Under the pieces are notes generated by a model. The model saw only the letters and a program-made list of their open reading frames with translations. It did no database searches and was not told where the DNA came from. Made by a program: the position numbers and the translations under genes. From Nemertoderma westbladi (lineage: Eukaryota > Animalia > Xenacoelomorpha), in the NCBI GenBank assembly GCA_032718475.1, contig JAUCBJ010002358.1, forward strand, positions 1 to 53,953: a DNA stretch of 53,953 nucleotides, written 5' to 3'. Shown here piece by piece: positions 25,101 through 36,421 of this stretch (positions within the stretch are counted from its first letter, which is position 1; every line of letters begins with the position of its first letter).

Positions 25101-26160
25101 CTAATAGCAAGTATAAGATGTGTGCTCCAAAACTTATGTTGACACAATTCGATAAAGAATTCTATCATGTAAATTTAAAACTGTTAAAATTTTATATAAA
25201 ACAAGGTTTAATTGTTACTAAGCTCCATAAATTGTATTCTTTCCATCAAGACTTTGTATTTAAACCCTATATAGATTTTAATATTAATCAAAGACGTTTA
25301 GCAAAAACGTATATTGAAACAGCTGTTGCAAAGCTTCTGAATAATTCGTTATTTGGAAAAACTATTGAGAAAATACGGGACCGATGCAACTTTCGTATCG
25401 CTAATAGCAAAGAAAAATGTGATTTGTTGGTGAAACGTATAAATCACGAAAATTTCATGATTTATAATGATTCCTTATCGGGACATTTATTAGTGAAAGA
25501 CTCTGTAACTCTCGATAAGCCAGTCTATGTAGGTAGTACTGTCTTGGATTTGGCTAAATTGGATATGTATGACTTGTACTACAATAAATTGCTACCTATT
25601 GAGAAAGAATTAAACTGTCGAATTGAAATTGTAGCATCAGATACGGACTCTTTAATAGGTTGTTACTATAATACATCGCAGAGTAATTTCTTAAAAGCCT
25701 TAATTAAAAATAATATTCTAGATACATCCAATTACCCCAAGGATCACCCTCTCTACAGCGATAAAAATAAATCCTGGCTCTATTACTGTAAAGATGAACT
25801 AGCCTCACGTGAAATTAAACAAGCGGTATTTTTAAGACCAAAATTATATTCAATTTTGGAATACAATGAAACGAATATATGACGGGCGAAAGGAATAACA
25901 AGAGCTGTCGTGGATAAAAATAATTGCCACGAAGATTATTTAAGAGCATATAAGGATAACGAAGAAATTTCCAAGGAAACGCATCAATTTCAGAGCCAAT
26001 TACACAAAGTGTATACTGTAGCACGAGATAAGTTTGCTCTCAGCGCATTTGACGATAAACTTTATTGGGTTAATAAAAATCATTCACTTCCCTGGGGTCA
26101 CTATCAAACAAAGGTTGAAAAACCCGTAAAAAAAACAATATACCTATTTATCGGGAGCCA
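22159..26160 (+). pseudogene. Protein-primed DNA polymerase B (Zn fingers, TP region, vOTU-like, exonuclease with HNH/EndoVII insert, polymerase), disrupted
   Basis: ORFs 22159, 22651 and 24466 share a frame (stops at 22516, 24373); frameshift at the poly-A near 24935; TGA 25880 just before RAKGI. Motifs GSGW, DNDCFKWA..HYVCI, YFDIES, CFYC..HHSH..ACNACN, HNCNHYD, KGIFPYEY, IRGG, DFNSLY, KLLNNSLFGK, SDTDS, LRPKLY. Confidence 0.95.
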
Positions 26161-26164
26161 AACA

Positions 26165-26719
26165 ATGAACTATCAGATAGTTAATAAGAATGTAAGTTGC
26201 CAGCAAGTGTCAGCGATTAATTTTAAAGAATTAAAAAATCAATTATCTGGTAAACACATACTCAAACCAAATCAGTTTATATATAAGATATTTGGTGCCA
26301 CATTATTAATATTTAAAAATGGTCATATTACATTATTAGGTAGTAAGTATAATTTCCAAAAAGTAAAAAAGCATATATTTGATAAAACTAGTATTAATTT
26401 GATTTTAAAATCTGTTAATTTATGTACTTATATTTTTAGTATTAAGTCTGTAGTCTATAGGTTATTGATAAACAATACCGGGTTTTATGTTGTCTTTGAT
26501 AATGTGCAACTTCAAGTTATATATGAACCTGAAATTTTTAATAATTGCAAAATAAGAATAAATAATACCGTAGTCATTTGCTGCTTTCATACCGGTAAAT
26601 GTACTTTAATGTATTCACCTAGCAAATCTCACATTTATTACCCTATATTTAGTAAACTTGTTAATTATTTATTAATGTTTGGTGTTGTGACTTTAGGTGT
26701 AGAATATATTGGTGATTAG
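26165..26719 (+). CDS. TATA-binding-protein-like protein (184 aa), in frame with the pPolB C-terminus
   Basis: Two TBP-type repeats: YQIVN..VSC..INFKEL...ATLLIFKNGHITLLGSK and YEPEIF..KIR..VICCFHTGKCTL..HIYYPIFSKL. These match TBP TTALIFSSGKMVCTGAK and YEPELFPGLIYR..LLIFVSGKVVL. Confidence 0.8.
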   Translation: MNYQIVNKNVSCQQVSAINFKELKNQLSGKHILKPNQFIYKIFGATLLIFKNGHITLLGSKYNFQKVKKHIFDKTSINLILKSVNLCTYIFSIKSVVYRLLINNTGFYVVFDNVQLQVIYEPEIFNNCKIRINNTVVICCFHTGKCTLMYSPSKSHIYYPIFSKLVNYLLMFGVVTLGVEYIGD

Positions 26720-26799
26720 AAGGTGAAAATTAAACATTATTATTTTTCAATCAATCTATCGGTAGTTAGGGAAAACTAACCTCGTTTGAATAAGTATGA

Positions 26800-27549
26800 C
26801 TCTCACGGGCTGACTGCGTGCCTAGCCGGCAGTAGCTGCGTGGCTGGCTGGCTGACTGGTTGGCTGCGAGGCTAACTGCGTGCCGCGAGGCTGGCTGCGA
26901 GGCTGACCGCGCGCACATCTGATTGTAACTGGCTCACGATATTGTATACAATGGTTTAGTTTGTTACTGCGGGTACTGTTACATTAATACTGCGGTACCG
27001 GTACTGCAGTACAATGCTAATAAAAGGAAATCAACATGCTGTATCTGACTATACTGTTACAACAACAATGACAGTACTGCAGTACTGTATTGTTTGGGTA
27101 GGGGATCTAATCCCTATATGTGAGAGCCACGCGTACCTTCTAGGTTATGACAGCAGTATGCTAATCAAGGTTCGGGTAGAGAGCAGTATCCTTATAGGTG
27201 AAAAAAAACAAATGCTATTGCATCAGATTACTGCTGTACTGATAAAGTGGATGACAGTTGTGGATAGGAGCTGCGAGGGTAGCTGTGAGGTTGACCGCAT
27301 CCCCGCAGCGTGGCTGACTGCGTACACATCTGCTGATCTGATTGTAACTGGCTCACGATATTGTATACATTGGCTTAGTTTGTTACTGCAGCTACTGTTA
27401 CATTAATACGGTAGTATCGGTACTGCGGTACAATGCTAATCAAAGGAAATCAGTATGCTCTATCTGACTATGCTGTTACAACAACAGCGACAGTACAGCA
27501 GTACTGTATTGTTTGGGTAGGTGATCTAATCCCTGTATGTGAGACCCCT
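26800..27549. repeat. Diverged direct repeat (period about 419 bp) with (GGCT)-rich heads; resumes after the hAT insert at ~31110-31260
   Basis: atctgattgtaactggctcacgatattgtatac at ~26917 and ~27336. The gcatcagattactgctgtactgata motif recurs at ~27220 and ~31117. Confidence 0.75.
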
Positions 27550-30500
27550 GGCCGGAGTGAAAAAATCAAATTTTTGAAATCGCACTTGGCTATGTGTGGG
27601 AAAGTTGACCATTAGTATAAAAACGTCCCTTGCAAAATATTTTTGAATTACATTAAGGGTAACACCTGCCCCCAACCAATTTAATTTTCAGAATTTTGGT
27701 ATTTTGTGTCCCAGTGACAAATATAACCAGATAAATAAAACTATGAAAATATAAGTTGGCTGAATGACAGAACCTTAGCCATTAGTATCAAAGAGGTACA
27801 TGCAAAATATTTTTGGATGCAGGTAAGGTTAACACCTGCCCCCAACCGTTTGAAATTAGCGATTTGTTTTTATATTATTGAATTATATGTATATAATTCA
27901 TTCAATTAGGAATAACTACAGGATACCCTAACTACTAATAACATGGGGGTTACTCACTTGCCCCAGCCATCTGCAAGTATCCAATCCATCCATCCAATGA
28001 CAGATCAGCTTTGGTCAACAAAATAAGTCAGACAGAGCTTGTGTGCTACTGTTGTAGTACATGGATGGCAACAGCATTTAACAAAGGAAATTAGTAGTGG
28101 TGTAGATTGGGACAGGCTAGAGTATAAACGTTGCTAAACCAACCCAACACTGCCTTCATTCATTCAACTCTGATATTATTGATAATGTAACACAGAAATA
28201 TTATTCATTCCTTGATAGTCGTTTTATATATTATAGTTTATTCACTATGTTATATTTAATTGCGTAATAAATTTCAGTATTTTACTGTACATTAAAATCA
28301 CAGACTCTATCTACATTTAAATTGTTAAGATTATTAATTGTCATTTTTAAGTTGTTAATAATAAATAGATTGATATGGAACAAGAACAACCGTGTACTTC
28401 CGGAACTCAGTCAGGTAGAAAAAGTGAACGGGTTTATCTTGCTGACAGCAGTGATAAAATATTGGGAAAACCAAAAACTCTCAATAACTCCATTTTGCCT
28501 ACATATCGTGATATGTTTGTTCATTATCTACATATCCGCCATACAATAAAAGGAACAGCTGACACAAAGGAGCCTGACATTTGGGATGTGGCGAAGGTAG
28601 TTGCCAGCGATGAAAAAGCTATCTGGGAAATGGCCTCAATCCCAACAATTGAAATCAAATCAATTACAAATAAAATAGTTACCTACAAAAACAAGCATCG
28701 AATTATTCTAAAGCAATATAAGGGAAGAGTGGACTCATGTAAATATAAAGCTAAAGTAGATACATTTAGAAAGGAAGCAGACCAGCTCTTTGATATTTCT
28801 TCATGTAAATGTTCCAACTTTAATGAATGTTCTTGTGACAAGTCCAAGAAGATTCCACAGGAGGAAAGAGTATTTTTGACTGACCAAAGAACCAAGAGAA
28901 AAATGAAAATTGGTGATGTGGATGAAGAATCAACTCGAAAAAAGTTATGAAAAGCCCATCATAGAGAATATTTGTCAACTTCGCACGATTGTACTACTAC
29001 TGGAACTGAACATGATTTGTCTACTGATTTGGACGTGGCCAATATTGAATCTTCAAATTCAAGTGATCCAGAGTGGTGTGCCAATAGACCTACTACTGCT
29101 GTTGAGACATCTCAACAGATGCGTAGAAATCTTCCTACTCTTGCAAGAGAAAGTGACCGCCATGGAGTTTCAGACCGAGCTGCAGCTGCCCTGTCAAGTG
29201 CAATACTGCAGGATGTTGGACTCGTCACTGCCAGTGATTCGTCATTTGTAATAGACCGGAGCAAAGTGAGGCGTGAGCGTGAGAAAGTTAGACTTGAGTT
29301 ACAAACAGGAACACAATTCTCCCCTATAGCAATATTTTTTGATGGAAGAAAGGATGTCACACGTGATCAGCAACAATTTGGAGATACCAGGAGCTATTTT
29401 AGAAAGGAGATTAAGGAAGAGCATTATGTTGTTATAGAAGAGCCTGAGTCCAAGTACATTGGTCATTTTACACCATCCTCTGGAAAAGCAATTGCTATCA
29501 AGGATGGGATTATTGAATGTTTAAAGAAAAATAATGCGAAATTGGACTCTGTGAAAGCGGTTGGATGTGACAGCACAGTTATTAACACAGGGCGTTTAGG
29601 TGGTGCAGTTCGTCTCTTGGAGAAGACTATTGGCCGTCCATTACAGTGGTTAGTTTGCCTGTTACACATCAATGAACTACCTCTGCGACACCTATTAGGT
29701 AGTTTGGATGGGGTAACTGCAGGACCGAAGTCCTTCTCTGGTGAAATTGGAAAACAGCTTAGTGGATGTGAGCAATTGCCTATTATTAATTTTCAGCCAA
29801 TAAGCATTGAAGGAAACAGTTTTGTGGGAATTGATATGGATGAAGCAATTGTGAAGACATTGAGTAAAGACCGGAAGTATCTGTACAAAATTGTACAAAA
29901 TGTCACAGGTAAAGATAATACAAGTAATTTGTCAGCTTATCAACCAGGTGGTTTGAATCATGCCAGATGGCTGATTGCAGCAAACCGTATTCTGCGTCTT
30001 TACATAGCCACATCAAAGCCATCTACAGAGTTGATGTGCTTAGCTGAGTTTATAGTGAAAGTATACACTCCAACATGGTTTGATATTAAACTTCATTGGA
30101 GGTGCTATGAAGCCCCATATGTGTTTTATCGCTTGCTCAAACGCCTGGAATACCTTAAACCTGAACTTCGAGAAGTAGTTGATCCTGTATTACAAAGGGG
30201 TTCTTATTGCTGTCACCCTGAGTCATTGCTCTTGGCAATGCTGTTTGATGAAAATAAACATATTGTTGAACTGGCAGTTAGAAGGATCGTGAAGGCTCGT
30301 AAAATTTCCTACTCTACAAGTGTAGTACGAGAGTTCCTACCACCAGTGCTGAATCTAGAACCAACAGACTATATGGATATGATTCAATGGAGAGACATCG
30401 CCGTTACAGAGCCACCACTACTTGTAGGCTGTTCAGAGGATGATCTCTATAACTTTGCTGCTAGTGACACTGAAGTAGTTAAACTTCCTAATCACTCTCA

Positions 30501-31108
30501 GGCGGTTGAGAGGCATGTTTCAATTGTTACTGAAGCGTCAAAATGTGTTATTGGGGAACAACGGAGAGATGGGTTTATACGAGCAAAACTAATGTCTCAA
30601 AAAAAAATTAAATCAAAGGAAACTAAAAAAGATTATGTTACCTAATGCAATAACTGTGTTGTGTTGTAAATGTTCTCTTGTATCTCACTGTAGCAATTTA
30701 TATAAATTTACCAACAAATCCAAATATATATGTTAATAAAAACGATTTCAAAAGCCACAAAGCCAACAACTTTCGGGCGAAAACTACAAAAATGTAAAAA
30801 ATTCAATTGGATGGGGGCAGGTGTTACCCTTAACTGCACTCAAAAATATTTTCCATGTAACTCTTCGATGCTAATGGGTAACTTTTTGTCATTAAGCCAA
30901 GTTATATTTTAATAGTTTTATTTATCTGGTTATATTTGTCACTGGGACACAAAATACGAAAATTCTGAAAATTCAATTGGTTGGGGGCAGGTGTTAACCT
31001 TAATGTAATTCAAAAATATTTTGCAAGTGACGTTTTTATACTAATGGTCAACTTTCCCACACATAGCCAAGTGCGATTTCAAAAATTTGATTTTTTCACT
31101 CCGGCCTA
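27550..31108. mobile_element. hATm-like DNA transposon nested in the Polinton
   Basis: About 300-bp imperfect TIRs (GGCCGGAGTGAAAAAATCAAA... / ...TTTTTTCACTCCGGCCTA). Right end CCTA is intact; the left end lacks the expected TA. Confidence 0.85.
28375..30645 (+). pseudogene. hAT(m)-type transposase with one in-frame TGA (28948-28950)
   Basis: ORFs 28375 and 28972 share a frame. Motifs FDGRKD, GCDSTVINTG, CLLHINEL (CxxH), HARW and HSQAVER. Confidence 0.85.
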
Positions 31109-31582
31109 CCTGCATGCATCAGATTACTGCTGTACTGATACCAGTAGACAGCGACTACAGTGTTGGAAGAGTAAAACACTACCGGTACTGATAAAGTGGA
31201 TGACAGTTGTGGATAGGCCTATAATAAATTATTGAATTTATCAGTACCGGTACCAACAGGTTATCACTACACCCTATACAGATTATGTTGCATTTCTGAC
31301 TAATATTACTAGTCAACTACTGTATGTGTTATTAGTTTGCGATGTATAGGATGTTTCGCAATACCAGTACATCTATATTAGAATGATATCGAGAATACTT
31401 ACTGTACATGTTACGTCTACGTCATATTGTTAAATGTGTATGGTTAACCTAGCGCAATTGACTCTTTTTTAGAGAACTTGTTGTAAAAAATTTATATTTT
31501 ATTATATTTTTATATTAACATCAAGATCATCACCAAAATAAAATTATATTATATCCCATCACATTACAATCTTACAGTAAAC

Positions 31583-32158
31583 CTACAGTACATCTTCCAC
31601 CGCAGTTATTTCTTTCTGTTTATCACCTGACTCAGTTAAACGCTTCGTTACATACCCTCCAACCCTTTTCGCTGAGCAGTACCTCAGACAGTTATCCCTT
31701 GTGTTTAAGTGGAAACTACATTTATCTTCTACTGTAGTTAATTGATCGTGGAAGCGACAGGGGGTTAAATAGTTGTAATATAGTCGATATATTCCCAATT
31801 TCTCCATCGAATTTGGAGCGAGAACATCTAGTTTGGAAACTAATATTGCCTGCTTTATCAACCCAAATACATGAATATTTTTTTTATATTTTAAATGTCT
31901 CTTCATGTATTTTTTAAAGTCATCTTGCGAAATGTCGCTGTAATCCCAAGGTAAATGCGAAGTCATGTCCCGTAAATTGTTTACGTGGGCTACATCTAAT
32001 GCTGATAACTTAATATTAGGTGGGGCTTTAATTAAAAACGTCTTTACATTAGTTTTGGTGTAATTAGAATCGAATATAGCAAATTCTTTAAATACTACGG
32101 GATACTTCTTATTGTCTATCGTATAATATTGAAAATCAACAAAAATAATATTATCCAT
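31583..32158 (-). CDS. DEDD/DnaQ-fold Zn nuclease-like protein (Maelstrom or arenavirus-NP-exonuclease-like)
   Basis: IIFVDFQYY...VFKEFAIFD followed by C-terminal CRFH...CSFH...C...YC. Homologue at 43185-43775. Confidence 0.6.
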   Translation of the reverse strand: MDNIIFVDFQYYTIDNKKYPVVFKEFAIFDSNYTKTNVKTFLIKAPPNIKLSALDVAHVNNLRDMTSHLPWDYSDISQDDFKKYMKRHLKYKKNIHVFGLIKQAILVSKLDVLAPNSMEKLGIYRLYYNYLTPCRFHDQLTTVEDKCSFHLNTRDNCLRYCSAKRVGGYVTKRLTESGDKQKEITAVEDVL

Positions 32159-32189
32159 TTTATCTGATAAACAAAAGTTAAATGATTAA

Positions 32190-32642
32190 TTACAACGCTT
32201 GTTGGTTTATTTTATAATAATTAACAAGCCATTTATATAATATTATTTCATTTATTTCTACATTATTTGTAAACGCTCTCATTGGATAGTTTGTGTCAAT
32301 TCGATTTACTAAGTAATAGAGACAGTATAGGCCGCATGTGGTCCTCCTTGGGTCTTGAAATTGTTTGCGAGTAGTACGCCACCTCGCTGAATTTTTCTCA
32401 AGCCATTTTTCAATACATCTGTTTGGATATTTTGGTCCAAACGAATCAAATACTTCGGCTTCATTATCTCGTATATATATAGCGATCCAATGAATCCCGG
32501 GCAGATGCTCTTTATCGGTATTTACTATTAACCCATAATCTCTCCGCTTATTATTATCTAATTTAGGTAATTTGTTAGCTGGAAACGCACCCAAATAGTG
32601 ACCACCCACTGGAAACATATCAAGGTCCTCTGTAGATAACAT
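32190..32642 (-). CDS. Adenain-like cysteine (maturation) protease
   Basis: IVNTD...GIHWIAIY...FDSFG...QFQ....TCGLYCLYY gives the His/Asp/Gln/Cys catalytic set. ORF intact. Confidence 0.93.
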   Translation of the reverse strand: MLSTEDLDMFPVGGHYLGAFPANKLPKLDNNKRRDYGLIVNTDKEHLPGIHWIAIYIRDNEAEVFDSFGPKYPNRCIEKWLEKNSARWRTTRKQFQDPRRTTCGLYCLYYLVNRIDTNYPMRAFTNNVEINEIILYKWLVNYYKINQQAL

Positions 32643-32644
32643 AC

Positions 32645-33904
32645 TTAATCGATATGTATTTCTTTCCTGCTATTTAAACTTAATGATTGATCATAAATAT
32701 TAAAAATGATTACATTTATGGTCTCAACCAACGGCTCGGCAAATCTTAATTTTAATTGACCGTTAGTATATATCGATGGCTGCGGATCTCTAACATAGCT
32801 GTCGGCGGTTAGGTCCCAGGATATGAGGGGGCAATTACCTAAGTAGGTTTCATGGTCTATATTATTACCTCCATAACCGTTAATATATGTATTAATGTTT
32901 TTCATTAATTGAGTATACTCAAAAATGTATGTTCCATCTGTAAAATTAGGCTCGTATATTACTCCACCTACTGGAAGACCGTCTACAATCAGTTCCGCAC
33001 GTCTAAGATTAAAATGTTCAAATTTTAAGGGGTTACTAATTAATTCTCCAGAATAAGCGTTATTTGTTATAAAACCGATAATAACTAATTTGGGTTTTTT
33101 ACCATCAAATATGTTTGTTTGGGTGTAATTTGTGGTTTGAGCGGGAATAGTAAATGTAGTAACCTCTTTCTTTTGAAATTGATATTCAATATCGTAACTC
33201 TCTAAACCTTTTAGGTGACTGCTTTCTATTACCGGATTAACCTCCATTCTAGGGATTAGGATCTTTACTTCATCTAATTCTAGCCGAAGATTTGTCACGG
33301 CGTTTGCGTTTGGAGTGATTTTAAAAATAAACGAATTTGATACTTTTCTAAAATGCATTCTTAAATCATACCTGGGTTGTATTATTTTACTTTCAGTATC
33401 AAAATCAATCGTCAATCCACTTACAAATTGCATTTGTTTACTAAAGGCATCGCCAATAGGATGCGCGCCAGGATTAATTTCATTTCCGTGTTCGGATAAA
33501 GGCTGACGAAAGCCGCCCGCCCCCAGTAACCCATTTTTATCCTCGTAAGTTGTAAATAATAAATTGGATAAGTACGACTTGTAGAAATAATGGTTATTGC
33601 TATTTTCAACCTGCTTCTCATTAAGGTCTATTTTAATATCACTCCACATAGTCTCTGAAGGGTAATTCAACATATAAATATGGGAGTTTTCAAGTCGTCT
33701 ATCCCACCGTACAGTACATTTTGTAATTAATAACGCATCTTGCAGTTTCGTATAGAATTCATTGGATCTTGGTATAAGGAACGTGACCTCCCTAGATTCA
33801 CTTCGGAGATTAGATACTGGGTAAATTGTTTCATAATGCTTTGCTTTAAATTCAGTCTGTATTGGCTGTGTAGAAAATAAATCTAATTCCTTAATAATTG
33901 ACAT
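32645..33904 (-). CDS. Major capsid protein (double jelly-roll)
   Basis: 419 aa with ELDLF..P.QT, PKLVIIGF..N.AYSG...NPLKFEHFNL, WDLT.D and LRFAEPL..TINVI motifs typical of Polinton MCP. Confidence 0.92.
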   Translation of the reverse strand: MSIIKELDLFSTQPIQTEFKAKHYETIYPVSNLRSESREVTFLIPRSNEFYTKLQDALLITKCTVRWDRRLENSHIYMLNYPSETMWSDIKIDLNEKQVENSNNHYFYKSYLSNLLFTTYEDKNGLLGAGGFRQPLSEHGNEINPGAHPIGDAFSKQMQFVSGLTIDFDTESKIIQPRYDLRMHFRKVSNSFIFKITPNANAVTNLRLELDEVKILIPRMEVNPVIESSHLKGLESYDIEYQFQKKEVTTFTIPAQTTNYTQTNIFDGKKPKLVIIGFITNNAYSGELISNPLKFEHFNLRRAELIVDGLPVGGVIYEPNFTDGTYIFEYTQLMKNINTYINGYGGNNIDHETYLGNCPLISWDLTADSYVRDPQPSIYTNGQLKLRFAEPLVETINVIIFNIYDQSLSLNSRKEIHID

Positions 33905-34469
33905 TATTAAAAAATACTTTTTCGCAGTGTTTCAGTTTGCCTTTTTTTATTTTTCTATTTTTACTACGCCGATGATGTATGTTCATAGACATTGGTCTAG
34001 TAGGTCGCTTTAAATCTCTATAAACTTTTTCTACAACAGATCTGGTTGATGGTTTCATTTTATTTAATGCTTTATTAATAACCGTATTAGCCTGCTGATG
34101 TAAGACCCGCTTACCTTTTGGTATTACGTGTTGTCTCATAAATTTTGTGGTAAATGGTAAAGCTTTTTGTAACACTTTTTTTGCTAATGGCTTACCAAAT
34201 TTTTTCAATGTAGATTAAGCGTCTGTAAATATACCTTCCCCGTGTTGATTTGCCCGCATACCTCTACGATAACGCTGAAAACGACGTTGTTTTAAGTTTG
34301 GACCAAATGCTCCAATTTGTTGTCCGTAAGGGTCAATATATGAACCACCTCGAAAAACAGGAACTTGCGTCGAGCCTCTCATACTTCTACCGCCTTTAAA
34401 AACAGCAAGATTAGATTCTGCACCACCATATTGAGGTTTACTGTATCTTTGAAATAAATCGGAATCCAT
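33891..34469 (-). pseudogene. Basic virion core / membrane-lytic-type protein with adenain-type sites; one in-frame TAA
   Basis: ORFs 34215-34469 and 33891-34208 share a frame. QYGG and QHGEG motifs precede an amphipathic basic helix (IFTDA*STLKKFGKPLAKKVLQKALP). Confidence 0.7.
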
Positions 34470-35324
34470 TTTAATTTATTTTTTTAAAGTGTAATGTAAT
34501 AGATGTTGTCCCGTATTCAAAATTCAAATCTTTTCCTTCTTTGTCTGTTATTTCAATATGAATGTATGTTATCTTATATGATTTTTTACAGGGATATAAT
34601 GAATTGTATCCTTGACAAATTCTTTATTTATTACACTACCATATTTCACGTCATCAGGTATCGCGACACGACGAAGCAAAGCTAAGCCAAAATCATTAAT
34701 ATATTCATTTTCAATTATATTAGTAGTCACGTACATGTTCGATTTAGGTTCTGGAATAGAATTGGGTGGTTGGGAACATAAAAATACCATCTGGTAAGCT
34801 TTTTCTTCATTTCCGATAACCTTTATTAAATAACCCTTTATGTTATTTTTCGTCTTCAAAATAATTTTAAAATTTGGATTTAAATTCGCACCGAGATTAT
34901 TTTCAGTAATTCCAAAATAATAGGCTAATTGTTGACCTATAAATAACTCTCGTACAGTTTTCCCTAAAATAAATTGCAACCTATTTTGCTGAGTATTTTC
35001 AACTATTTGTAATTTATCTTTCAACGCCCCAGTGTTAAAATAATCTATAATGTCATTGATACTGTAGAACAAGCCAGATGGAAGTGTATCCTCAAAATGT
35101 TTTTTCCCTTTTTTTAATAAAATAACATTCTCTACATTGTTATACATGGACGGCAACGTAGCTAAGTAAAATATACTTTTTATACCTACCACCCAGTTTT
35201 CGTTTGGATTTATAGGTAAGGCTCCATGAAAATTGATCTGATAATTACTAGCGCTATTGCGGGGAAAATCAATTGGACAGGAGTTACTTGGTAGTCTAAC
35301 GTAGAATTCATCCATCACCCCCAC
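34470..35324 (-). pseudogene. Minor capsid (penton) protein 1, frameshift near the C-terminus
   Basis: FYVRLPSNS...FPRNSASNY...WVVGI and MYVTTNII...LLR. The C-terminal IHIEITDKEGKDLNFEYGTTSITLHFKK is in another frame. Confidence 0.85.
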
Positions 35325-36180
35325 CGCGTATTAACTTAAGTGTTATAACAGTGCGACCTCCGCTAAAATTAATTAATTCGCCTTGCCCGTCACGTAAAGT
35401 AATTAATATTGTTTTTAGTTTTTTATTCAACAATGGGTAATAGCAAATGCTCTCGTATTAGTGATTAATATATTTTCGATTTAATTGTGTTAATGGACAG
35501 GTTCTTAAGAGCGGAGCTAAAGCGTCGCCAACAAATGAGCTCTTAATAATATCTGTGTATATGAAAATTATATCTTTATTACGAGTTATATTCGTGGGAG
35601 CTGGAAAATCTAAAATCCCAATTTCCGAAATTTTTGGTCCACTATAATTTAAAATTAATATCGGCTGTTCTATATTGCTTAATTCATCCACTGTAGTAGT
35701 ACTGTATATATCCCAATTCGGAATATCCGGATGATTCTGAACCAATAACAGTATTAAGCCTAGAATTTGTATTAAATCACCGCATATACTTAATTGTATT
35801 TTTTTCAACTTTTTAGGAAATTTAAATTTAATTCTAGAATTATTTGTATTAAAAATGAATTGGAAATCTCTATATTTCGCTTCAGAATTAAACAGTTTAT
35901 TTATATCATCAATAATGACTTGAATAGAGCTATGCATACCAGGAAATAAACTATATAATTTGGCATCTTTTGCATCTACCCCGATTGACAGTGAGATTTG
36001 AGTTTGCAGTGTAATATTACTGTATGTTGCTTGGTATTGTAGCTCGGCAAGCCCAATTTTAGCGTTTGGACCAATATATAATTCTTCGGCTAAATCAACA
36101 GTAAACTCGCTAGGATTATTATTGGGATAAGTGTTTAATGAGCTATCTGAAAGTAGAGTGATATATGTATCTGTGGCCAT
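35308..36180 (-). pseudogene. Minor capsid (penton) protein 2, in-frame TAA at 35458-35460
   Basis: YITLLSDSSLNTYPNNNPSEFTV.L...IGLAEL and IFIYTDII..SFVGDALAPLLR. Continues after the stop as YYPL...ITLRDGQGELINFSGGRTVITLKL. Confidence 0.88.
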
Positions 36181-36421
36181 TATTATTATTATTTAAGCTC
36201 TCTCTACTTGACTCCTTTGTACATACAGTATAATGTTAAATTATAGACATCTGTGACCACGTTCATTGTCGCATCTTCTACAGTATATGCGAGGGATCAA
36301 TATTTTACTGGCTTTATTTAAAGCGGATGAACTATAGATATAGTAATATCATTCGAGTTAATATTGATTAATTACGGACATATGTGACCAAAATGAATTA
36401 ATATACAGTATAAACCTAAGC

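Noticed and set aside
27014-27615. Paired ORFs beginning MLIKGNQ
   Set aside because: Products of the 419-bp direct repeat; frame not conserved beyond the repeat and no motifs.
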